A DNA stretch of 15,111 nt, the filler included, from an uncultured virus (IMG/VR IMGVR_UViG_2049941000_000711) (taxonomy: Duplodnaviria; Heunggongvirae; Uroviricota; Caudoviricetes). It is 7 parts of one record of this genome, joined end to end, with 100 filler letters (N's around TTAATTAATTAA, not from the genome) between each part and the next. Parts side by side here need not be neighbours in the genome. Positions count along the whole stretch, not along the records: positions 7,917 to 11,497 come from IMGVR_UViG_2049941000_000711; positions 11,598 to 14,156 come from IMGVR_UViG_2049941000_000711; positions 14,257 to 15,111 come from IMGVR_UViG_2049941000_000711; 4 more parts are not named here. The stretch is one strand, 5' to 3'. Under the pieces are notes generated by a model that saw nothing but the letters and a program-made list of their open reading frames with translations, was not told the DNA's origin and ran no database searches. Shown here in pieces: positions 7,918 to 15,111 of this stretch. The translations under genes and the position numbers were made by a program. Numbering within the stretch: the stretch's first letter is position 1; every line of letters starts with the position of its first letter.

Positions 7918-8595
7918 GTTTGTCTTGCTGGATACAGTCAGCAACAAAGAAGAATAATAAGACCTCTTTTGTCAGAGTATTTACCAGATGCTTATTTGGA
8001 TCAAGAACAATGTGAAAGGTACAACATACTTCCAGGAACTCGTTTGATGGGGGATTTCGAAACAATGAATCACCCTTCTCCCCATAATGAAGATTATCTT
8101 GCGAGAGGCGAGATTAATGTTTGTACGCCCGTAACAAAAGATGTTTTTTTAAAGGTTTTACAAGAAACAAGTTGCAGATCGTTATGCGAAGGGTTTGGCT
8201 GTGACATTAACTCGAAAGTAATTCCTATTCATATAAAACCCATTTGTTCTATAATTACAATTTCCGTTTGTCCTAACTCTATCAAGCTTGTTCCAGACTA
8301 CTATGGCTGCGATATTAGAACATTAAAAGTTAAGTTGAATGTATCAGGTTTACCCAATGACACAATTCTATCCTTAACTGATTTGGGGTTCTATAGATAT
8401 GCAATGAGTTTTGTCAATACATGTTCAATTGACAATTTGAATTCTTTTCTACAAAAACAGACAGTTATATATTTGAGAATAGGACTTAGTAGAGCTTTTT
8501 CGCCACAAGACGGAAGCGAAAGGAATGGATATTGGATGCAGGTAAATGGAATTTATTCGTTTCCCGATTATCACAAACAGATTCGATCATATTGA
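7918..8595 (+). CDS. Dual-OB-domain-like protein, paralog 2 (lacks only about 17 N-terminal residues)
   Basis: The frame is open from the contig start: VCLAGYSQQQRRIIRP..NILPGTR..PHNED..DLGFYRYA..LRIGLSR..GYWMQVNGIYSFPDYHKQIRSY*. Confidence 0.8.
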   Translation, partial: VCLAGYSQQQRRIIRPLLSEYLPDAYLDQEQCERYNILPGTRLMGDFETMNHPSPHNEDYLARGEINVCTPVTKDVFLKVLQETSCRSLCEGFGCDINSKVIPIHIKPICSIITISVCPNSIKLVPDYYGCDIRTLKVKLNVSGLPNDTILSLTDLGFYRYAMSFVNTCSIDNLNSFLQKQTVIYLRIGLSRAFSPQDGSERNGYWMQVNGIYSFPDYHKQIRSY

Positions 8596-8668
8596 TAGCA
8601 TTTCTTGTTCCCTGCCTTGGTCTAAGCAGAAACAATCTTTCCTCATCATCGCAAATGGGGTACAGGGC

Positions 8669-8749
8669 AAGATCAAGTCCAGCCTGCCCACGATTGAGGA
8701 AATTGAAGCCGAATTGGCGGAAAAGCGGGACAATATCGAGAAAAGATAG
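8669..8749 (+). pseudogene. C-terminal remnant of a YhcG/DUF1016 PD-(D/E)XK nuclease gene
   Basis: KIKSSLPTIEEIEAELAEK* is the typical C-terminal tail of this family; no family-like sequence upstream of 8669. Confidence 0.65.
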
Positions 8750-8867
8750 GCAGTTGCTTTTCTTGTCAGGTTTTTTCGGGACCGGGGTATTTGGGGCCAA
8801 ACCCCAAGACCATGAAATTTTACAGGTCAGGGGTTCATTTCGCGGATACTCCTCCTCAAAAAATGGT

Positions 8868-8999
8868 CGAGCAGGTCAATTAGGGAAAGTTTGAGAAAAA
8901 ATGTTTTCGGTTTATGAGTATTATAGAACTCGATACCCCCTTTTTATGTCCCAAAAACAAGCTCACTCCAGCCTCAAGGGGCGAGCAGGTCAATTAGGG
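8868..8999 (+). repeat. Direct repeat CGAGCAGGTCAATTAGGG (18 bp, exact) at 8868-8885 and 8982-8999
   Basis: Read directly. Flanks are also similar (ACTCC..CCTCAA before, AAAGTTT after). Confidence 0.9.
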
Positions 9000-9097
9000 G
9001 AAAAGTTTTTTTAAATGGATGCCCCCTCACACTCGGTAAATGCGATTTTAGAGCCTGTGTGACAAAATTTCCGTATCCTCCACCATTNNNNNNNNNN

Positions 9098-9381
9098 TGA
9101 CGGACGTATAGGATGCCGTCGCAGATTGTGGGATGCGCCCAGTGTTCCTTGTTGCCGAATTTGACCTGAAAACTGCTGACGACCTCGAACTTGTCGCCGG
9201 GTTTGAGAAGTCCCAGCGTGCCGCGTTTTTCCTCGTAGATGTACATCATGTTGTCGGCTGCAATCACGCAACCCTTCCCGAGGTTACCCCAGGCAGTTTC
9301 GTAGACGGTCTTGCCGGTCTCCCAGTCCACACACATCCACTTGCCCCGGTCGTTGTTGATCCATGTCGAGCCGTAAAGTTT
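9098..9381 (-). CDS. C-terminal fragment of a PQQ-like/BamB-family beta-propeller protein
   Basis: KLYGS..WMCVDWETGKTVY..GCVIAADNMMYIYEEKRGTL..HWAHPTICDGILYVR. Bounded by N gaps. Confidence 0.85.
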
Positions 9382-9452
9382 NNNNNNNNNNAGGCATTCG
9401 TTTTGAGGCGGAACGCCCTTAAGGGAGCTTCGGACAGACAAATGTATTTTAT

Positions 9453-9480
9453 AATATACCATGCTCTGCTGAAAAGTCAA
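9453..9480 (-). promoter_or_regulatory. Sigma70-type promoter reading leftward, next to the ISL3 insertion site
   Basis: Minus strand TTGACT (9480-9475), 16 bp spacer, TGg-TATATT (9458-9453). Confidence 0.6.
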
Positions 9481-9498
9481 CCTGTTTTCGCAAAAAAG

Positions 9499-10859
9499 GG
9501 TTCTTCGACGGTTTCTGTCAGAAAAAACGAGGAAAAGACGTGACAAACCAATGAGATAGGCTTGAAAAAGTCGGCATCGGTACTATTTTTGAATTTGCAC
9601 AACAAAAAATAGGAGTACCAATGCCGACCTATCTCTACTATACACAGGGAATCCTCGATTTTCAAGAAGAAACTGCCACTTATTCTGAAGAAAGGCTGGA
9701 AATCCGCCTCAAACGCAAGAAACACCAATGTCCGAAGTGCAAGTCAAAGGATGTCACGCTGACAGTCCTCTATGAACGAGACGTGCGCGGGTTGCCGATG
9801 GGACGGATTCGGGAAGTTCATTTCATCTACACATTACATCTCGTGTACTGCCACCGCTGCCACGAACGTTCCACTGAGGAGATCCCGTTCATTTCGCATC
9901 CGAAAGCCCGGCTCAGCAATGAGTTCGAGCGAACGATCCTTGAGCTCCGAGAACAGATCAGTATTCGGGCTTTGGCGAACTACTTTCACTTGAGATGGCA
10001 TACTGTAAAAGAGATCGAAAAGAGATATCTTCAGCACAAATTTGCAACAATTGACACATCGAAAGTCCAGGCTGTCGGGGTCGACGAAATCCACATCGGG
10101 CATGGTCAGGCGAACAGAGCATTCCTTACGATCGTACGGGATCTGGAGAGTGGTACGGTCATCCATGTTGGCGAGGGCAAGGGCGTATCAGCTTTAGAAG
10201 GTGCTTTGAGCAAATTAAGTGCAAGCAAATTGCAACTTGTTGCAATGGACATGGCCAATGCGTATTCCTCATGGTTCGCAGAACATTTCCCGCAAGCTCA
10301 AATCGTGTTCGATCACTTCCATGTCATCAAGCTCATGAATGACAAGCTTGACCATGTTCGGCGAAGAGTGATGGGCAGATTGGATTCCATTCAACAAAAG
10401 CAATTGAAGGGGCTCAGGTTCATCTTCCTCAAAAACAACGAGGATATCCCTGAAAATGCAAAGAATATCCTACAGAATCTGAGGGGGAATTTTCAAGAAC
10501 TGGGAGATACCTATATGTTCAAGGAAGCGCTGAGAACCATCTACCGTGTCGTTCAAAACGCCTATCAGGCCAATATCGCACTTCACAGATGGTGCAAACT
10601 CGCGGAGGAAACGCTTGTTCCTGAATTGAAAACTATGGCAAAAACCGTCCGGGACAGGCTGGATGGAATCGTCAGTTACTGGACGTTCGGACATGCCAGC
10701 AACGCCAGTACGGAAGGCTTCAATAACAAAATCCGTTGGCTTACACGTCAGGCGTATGGCTTCCGAGACTTGGAATACTTCAAACTCAAAATCTACCAGC
10801 TACCACAAATCAACTGCGAGAAAGCACTATGACTTTTTGTCAGAAACCGTCGAAGAGGC
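9499..10859 (+). mobile_element. Complete ISL3-family insertion sequence (1361 bp)
   Basis: IRL GGTTCTTCGACGGTTTCTGTCAGAAA; IRR (reverse complement) GCCTCTTCGACGGTTTCTGACAAAAA. 8-bp TSD CAAAAAAG at 9491-9498 and 10860-10867. Confidence 0.93.
9621..10832 (+). CDS. ISL3 family transposase
   Basis: CPKC..CHRC zinc finger, VGVDE, AMDMANAY, IVFDHFHVIK, SNASTEGFNNKIRWLTRQAYGFRD. AGGAG RBS. Confidence 0.97.
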   Translation: MPTYLYYTQGILDFQEETATYSEERLEIRLKRKKHQCPKCKSKDVTLTVLYERDVRGLPMGRIREVHFIYTLHLVYCHRCHERSTEEIPFISHPKARLSNEFERTILELREQISIRALANYFHLRWHTVKEIEKRYLQHKFATIDTSKVQAVGVDEIHIGHGQANRAFLTIVRDLESGTVIHVGEGKGVSALEGALSKLSASKLQLVAMDMANAYSSWFAEHFPQAQIVFDHFHVIKLMNDKLDHVRRRVMGRLDSIQQKQLKGLRFIFLKNNEDIPENAKNILQNLRGNFQELGDTYMFKEALRTIYRVVQNAYQANIALHRWCKLAEETLVPELKTMAKTVRDRLDGIVSYWTFGHASNASTEGFNNKIRWLTRQAYGFRDLEYFKLKIYQLPQINCEKAL

Positions 10860-11666
10860 CAAAAAAGGCTATTTCCAAGCAATATGAATGAGGAGGGAAC
10901 AATTCATCTGAAGGAAGATGCTTCAACCTGACAAATGACGTTTCAGCGTGGAACAGCTCCGGCCGGAAAAAGAGAGCAACAAAGGGGGGATGAACCAACC
11001 AGCGACCAAAGGTCTATGAGAACTTCCGCTCCTNNNNNNNNNNTCGAGGACAAAGACTCCGGCACAATCGGCCGCTACGTCTTTGGTGATGACGGCAGCA
11101 TCAGCACGAACAGTGCCACCAATGAAGAAATGAACGAAATTTTAGGCTACTAAATGGTTTCTCCCCTCCACCGAATGAAAATCCCATACTCTGCCCTTAA
11201 AACAAGGCAGAGTATGCGTATCCAAAGACATCCAGCTGCCGATATGTGTATCCCCCCAAAAAACTCTTTTATTTCCTCAGCTCTCTCACGCGTGCGCGTG
11301 CCTTCCCAAAACACGTCCCAAACGTCCCATGCCAAGCTCAACAATGAAAAAAGAACGTCTTTTCTGTCGAAAAGTGTGCCGTTTGGATTTAGGAAAAGAA
11401 TGATGATGTTGTCCCCCCTCTAATAGTATCGCGTCGGTCGTCAAAAATCATAAATATATGACTTATTTGGAATCAATAACGATTCCGCATCCATCCTNNN
11501 NNNNNNNNNNNNNNNNNNNNNNNNNNNNNNNNNNNNNNNNNTTAATTAATTAANNNNNNNNNNNNNNNNNNNNNNNNNNNNNNNNNNNNNNNNNNNNTCG
11601 TGGAGAAGCGGTTTGGACGAAAGCAGAGATTTTATGTTGAGCGCCGAGAAACAACCTCACCCCATT

Positions 11667-11703
11667 CCCCCTGTCCGGCAGGCTCCGGGCAGGAAGTCGG
11701 CGG
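11667..11703 (+). repeat. 37-bp hairpin repeat, copy 1 (copy 2 at 14103-14139)
   Basis: CCCCCTGTCCGGCAGGCTCCGGGCAGGAAGTC(G/A)GCGG; stem CCTGTCCGG/CCGGGCAGG with a 6-nt loop. Confidence 0.9.
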
Positions 11704-11755
11704 TTGTTCGGTCAATAATTCCTTTGCATTCCCGTCATTTTCATCCATGTTACCC

Positions 11756-11784
11756 TTGATTATTTGCCTGGGGCGTGGTATAAT
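11756..11784 (+). promoter_or_regulatory. Sigma70-type promoter
   Basis: TTGATT (11756-11761), 17 bp spacer, TGg-TATAAT (11779-11784). Confidence 0.75.
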
Positions 11785-11822
11785 AAAGTTGTGATTCCTC
11801 AAACCCTCCATCNNNNNNNNNN

Positions 11823-11956
11823 GCCTATCCGCCGAACGCGTGGGGCTTCTGCGATATGATCGGAAACGTCGCTGAGCTTTGCCGGGAAAAACCCTTCTGG
11901 TCGGGTAAACTGGCATCCCGGAATGAGGAAGCTGAATACAAGACGGAAAAGGTTCT
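11823..11956 (+). repeat. Variant copy of FGE-sulfatase gene segment 12662-12795
   Basis: AYPPNAWGFCDMIGNVAELCREKPFWSGKLASRNEEAEYKTEKV versus SYPPNAWGFCDMIGNVAELCRDKTFWTGKLASRNEDAEYKTERV; 22 differences in 134 nt by hand count, mostly third-position. Confidence 0.9.
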
Positions 11957-11989
11957 NNNNNNNNNNGACAACGTGAAAGGGCTTAAATA

Positions 11990-14077
11990 ATGTCCAAGAC
12001 GAGAACGAGCAGGATGGCATTGTTTTCCATTCTTGCATTTTTCCTTGCCGTCGGATTCTTCACTGGTTGCGGAAAGGACGAAGTGGACATTTCGACGCCT
12101 TTTCAGGATAAAGTCGTCCTGAAAAAAGGTGTCGAGATCGACATGATCCAGGTTAACCCCGGCTTGTACACGGTCGGGCTGCCACATGAGGACAAACTGT
12201 GGCGCGCGGATACCGAACGGCGCGAGGTGTCCGTGTCCGTGCCGTACTGGCTCGGCAAATACGAGGTCACGCAGGAGCAGTGGGAGGCCGTCATGAGCGG
12301 AGAAAAACGCGCCGACGGGACGGACCTGACGAATCCCTCGAAATATCAGGGAAAGAAGAAGCCGGTCGAAAACATCAGACGGGAAGACGTGGAGGTCTTC
12401 CTTCGAAAAGTCAACGATCTCTACGCAGGACGTCTCCCGGAAGGGTATCGGCTCGACCTCCCTACGCCGGAACAGTGGGAGATCGCGTGCCGTGCCGGGA
12501 CAACGACCGACATGCCGTGGGGAACGCGGGAAAAGACGGAAGAAAAAGCGAACTTGGACTGTCTCGAAGAGGTTATTTCATCCACGGGGTTTATGTCCGG
12601 TCTTGTTCATGGGTATTCGCATCACATCAAGCGAACATGGAACCGGACGCGCGAGGTCGGGTCCTATCCACCGAACGCGTGGGGGTTCTGCGATATGATC
12701 GGAAACGTTGCGGAACTTTGCCGGGATAAAACGTTTTGGACAGGGAAACTGGCATCTCGAAATGAGGACGCCGAGTATAAGACGGAACGGGTCCTGGTTC
12801 ACGGCGGATCGTGGGCGGAACGGGTCGAAGTCGTTAGCCCGGCAAACAGCGGATGGGTCAGGCATTACGATCCGGGCGACAATGAAAGCGTGTCCACGAT
12901 TGGATTCCGTCTAGCGCTGGCCCCGTTCGAGACGAATTCATCCTCAGCAATAATGCAGGAACGGCAAACCGGAGCAGACGATTCGAAGATCGAGCTTGCG
13001 CGAGGAGAAAACGACAAAATCGTCATTACTCTGCCGAACGGCATCAAAATGAATTTGATCCGAATCAAGCCGGGAGCATTTCTCTGCGGCAGGCTGTCCC
13101 CGCTTTATGACGACGGGCATGCCAGCATGGGACGTGTGAAAGGCGAGTTGAGCAGAGAATATTGGATCGGCGAAACGGAAGTCACACAGGAACAATACGA
13201 AGCCGTTATGGGAAAGGACTCCGCCGGGAACTGCCTTTTCTCCAAACATCCGAAAGTCCCCGTGGTCTATGTTTCCTACGATGACGCGCTGGCGTTTTGC
13301 GGCAGGCTGAACGACCTGACAACGCGGCCCAACGGATTCTCTTTCACCCTGCCGACCAATGTCCAGTGGGAATATGCGTGCCGGGCGGGAACGACCACAC
13401 ATTACAACAACGGAAAAGATCAATACCGTGTAAAAACGGACAAGGTGACGGAGTTTTTGTATGAAGCCGCCTATGATTACCCGCCCCACGACCCCGATTT
13501 GGACGAAATCGCCTGGTATTATCAGCTGGACGCACCCCGTCCGGTTGCGCTGAAAAAGCCGAATGCCNNNNNNNNNNTCAACAACGGAAAAGATCAATAC
13601 CGCGTAAAAACGGACAAGGTGACGGAATTTTTATATGAGGCCGCCTATGATTGCCCTCCGTATGATCCGTATCTGGCGGAAATCGCATGGCATTATCAGC
13701 TGGACGCACCCCGTCCGGTTGCGCTGAAAAAGCCGAATGCCTGGGGGCTGTACGACATGCACGGAAATGTCCGGGAGTTTTGTCTTGACTATCACAAAAT
13801 GGACAGTGCGGAATCTGACTATTTCGTCGATCCGTTCTTTGAACTTGGTTATGTAATCCGGGCGGGGAAAGCAACGCATGAAAAGAAAGTCGAGCGTCGT
13901 GGCGGCAGTTTCTGCAGCAATGCGGTCGAATGTGCGGCGGGTTACTGGAACCTCGGGATCGGTGAAACCCAGACGGAACCGGATACCGGATTCCGAATCG
14001 TTCTGTCGACCGAACAGAAGTTCGTAAAAGGTTCTGTTGATTGGGAAGAAAAGTTTTCCAAACAGCAGGACGAATAA
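11990..14077 (+). CDS. Lipoprotein with two FGE-sulfatase (SUMF1/EgtB/PvdO, C-type lectin fold) domains; contains a gap-associated duplication
   Basis: Lipobox FTG-C after a hydrophobic stretch. Two sets of EVTQEQ, LPT..QWE.ACRAGTTT, PNAWG..DM.GNV.E.C, GGSW/F and GFR motifs. Removing the 174-bp duplication gives about 637 aa. Confidence 0.92.
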   Translation: MSKTRTSRMALFSILAFFLAVGFFTGCGKDEVDISTPFQDKVVLKKGVEIDMIQVNPGLYTVGLPHEDKLWRADTERREVSVSVPYWLGKYEVTQEQWEAVMSGEKRADGTDLTNPSKYQGKKKPVENIRREDVEVFLRKVNDLYAGRLPEGYRLDLPTPEQWEIACRAGTTTDMPWGTREKTEEKANLDCLEEVISSTGFMSGLVHGYSHHIKRTWNRTREVGSYPPNAWGFCDMIGNVAELCRDKTFWTGKLASRNEDAEYKTERVLVHGGSWAERVEVVSPANSGWVRHYDPGDNESVSTIGFRLALAPFETNSSSAIMQERQTGADDSKIELARGENDKIVITLPNGIKMNLIRIKPGAFLCGRLSPLYDDGHASMGRVKGELSREYWIGETEVTQEQYEAVMGKDSAGNCLFSKHPKVPVVYVSYDDALAFCGRLNDLTTRPNGFSFTLPTNVQWEYACRAGTTTHYNNGKDQYRVKTDKVTEFLYEAAYDYPPHDPDLDEIAWYYQLDAPRPVALKKPNAXXXXNNGKDQYRVKTDKVTEFLYEAAYDCPPYDPYLAEIAWHYQLDAPRPVALKKPNAWGLYDMHGNVREFCLDYHKMDSAESDYFVDPFFELGYVIRAGKATHEKKVERRGGSFCSNAVECAAGYWNLGIGETQTEPDTGFRIVLSTEQKFVKGSVDWEEKFSKQQDE

Positions 14078-14102
14078 TCCCGCTCTGCATCAATTAGTCC
14101 TC

Positions 14103-14139
14103 CCCCCTGTCCGGCAGGCTCCGGGCAGGAAGTCAGCGG
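14103..14139 (+). repeat. 37-bp hairpin repeat, copy 2 (REP-like or terminator-like)
   Basis: 36/37 identical to 11667-11703; starts 25 bp after the FGE gene stop; no U tract. Confidence 0.9.
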
Positions 14140-14257
14140 ATGAGCGGTGGGTGTCGNNNNNNNNNNNNNNNNNNNNNNNNNNNNNNNNNNNNNNNNNNNN
14201 TTAATTAATTAANNNNNNNNNNNNNNNNNNNNNNNNNNNNNNNNNNNNNNNNNNNNT

Positions 14258-14902
14258 CTTCCGCTGAAATATCCCTACCAGATCTCGACGATCGACCAAC
14301 TGAGAGAAGGATATCTGGAAGAGCATACCGGCGGCGATATCGCGGAGGGATCGAAATCCATGCAAGGGATTGATGTCGGGGGGAGAATTACGCATCTTCA
14401 TCCGCTGGAAGACTTCGCTGTTTTCCGGAAAGAGGACGGGACATTCGGCTATCTGGAATACGCGACCGGCAAAACGACCTTGCTGCCGACCGAAGCGGAA
14501 TTGAAACAGGCATGTCTGCTGACGCCCGGGGAATTCAAACCGATCGAATATTACTACAACCAGTTCAGCAAGGGCAAACTTATCTATCCGCCGAACGCGT
14601 CTTCGGAAAAGATCCGCACCGATCTGATCGCGCAGTTCCACGGGATGACCGTAAAAATGCATCCCTACGGCAAGGAGCGCGGAAACGCAAAGATCGAGGT
14701 GACATGCGGAGAAAGCGAAAAAGACATCGACGTTCAGACGGGAAAAGCCGTTTTCGTGTGGAAATGGTCATTGCCTCAGGAAAAGCAGGACATGCTCGAC
14801 AAGTGGCTGTCCGCGCACAGGGCTGAACTGCTTGAGATGTGGGAGACACGGACCGTGAAGCTGCTCCCCGCGCCGGAAAAAGAGGCGAACCCGGCGAAGT
14901 AG
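14258..14902 (+). CDS. Hypothetical protein, 5' truncated, with a degenerate C-terminal DUF4160-like domain
   Basis: Frame is open from the contig start (LPLKYPYQISTID...). C-terminus LIAQFHGMTVKMH..IDVQTG..SLP..LDKWLSAHRAELLEMWE follows the DUF4160 pattern. Confidence 0.65.
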   Translation, partial: LPLKYPYQISTIDQLREGYLEEHTGGDIAEGSKSMQGIDVGGRITHLHPLEDFAVFRKEDGTFGYLEYATGKTTLLPTEAELKQACLLTPGEFKPIEYYYNQFSKGKLIYPPNASSEKIRTDLIAQFHGMTVKMHPYGKERGNAKIEVTCGESEKDIDVQTGKAVFVWKWSLPQEKQDMLDKWLSAHRAELLEMWETRTVKLLPAPEKEANPAK

Positions 14903-14921
14903 TTCTTGCGTTTTTCCGGCT

Positions 14922-15020
14922 TCAGGCGTGGTGCATCACCAGGTAGACGGTGTACGCGATGTACGCCGCAAGCAGCAGCGCGCCCTGAACGCGGTTGAGG
15001 CGCTTGCCGAAGATCCCGAA
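14922..15020 (-). CDS. C-terminal fragment of a calcium/sodium antiporter (YrbG-like)
   Basis: Manual translation FGIFGKRLNRVQGALLLAAYIAYTVYLVMHHA*: R..G.LLL..Y..Y last transmembrane helix. Confidence 0.7.
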   Translation of the reverse strand, partial: FGIFGKRLNRVQGALLLAAYIAYTVYLVMHHA

Positions 15021-15111
15021 NNNNNNNNNNCGTGCGAAGGCTGTCGGTGTTCACGAGCGAGGGCATGGCTTTTGCCATATCGAAAATGGATGACGTTTCG
15101 TTGTTCATGGT

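Noticed and set aside
8868..8999. Mini CRISPR array
   Set aside because: Only two 18-bp repeats with 96 bp between them, and no cas genes.
11823..13741. Diversity-generating retroelement TR/VR pair targeting the FGE-sulfatase gene
   Set aside because: Mismatches include many C/T, C/G and G/T changes, mostly synonymous, rather than being confined to adenines in one copy. The repeats are not at the C-terminal variable region and no reverse transcriptase is present.
13405..13741. Genuine internal tandem duplication in the lipoprotein
   Set aside because: The two 163-bp copies sit directly either side of a 10-N gap with identical ends, typical of an unresolved bubble. A real duplication would also interrupt the domain at PNA/WG.
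2362..14212. Repeated TTAATTAATTAA palindrome as a biological repeat or CRISPR
   Set aside because: Always centred in 44+44 Ns; it is an artificial contig-joining spacer.

Overview
This window is not continuous genome. It is seven scaffolds joined by artificial 100-bp linkers (N44-TTAATTAATTAA-N44), each with further 10-N gaps, plus one piece of Illumina adapter. Contents in order: (1) a GC-rich prophage-type replication/recombination module on the minus strand (SF2 helicase, small ORF, RusA, DUF669, Zn-finger ORF) and a ParB-like fragment; (2) an AT-rich accessory/defence-island set: two paralogous dual-OB-like proteins, two DUF488 genes, a PHP-domain (TrlF/Ppl-like) gene, an FRG-domain gene, AbiGi-like and YhcG/DUF1016 remnants, and IS3 ends; (3) a complete ISL3 element with IRs and an 8-bp TSD; (4) a lipoprotein with two FGE-sulfatase domains plus variant copies of parts of it; (5) fragments of LptD, a PQQ-type propeller, a DUF4160-fusion gene and a Ca/Na antiporter. 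The best candidate system is a reconstructed four-gene operon, dualOB-DUF488-DUF488-dualOB, whose last gene is split between two scaffolds. Family calls come from motif recognition only; no searches were run.
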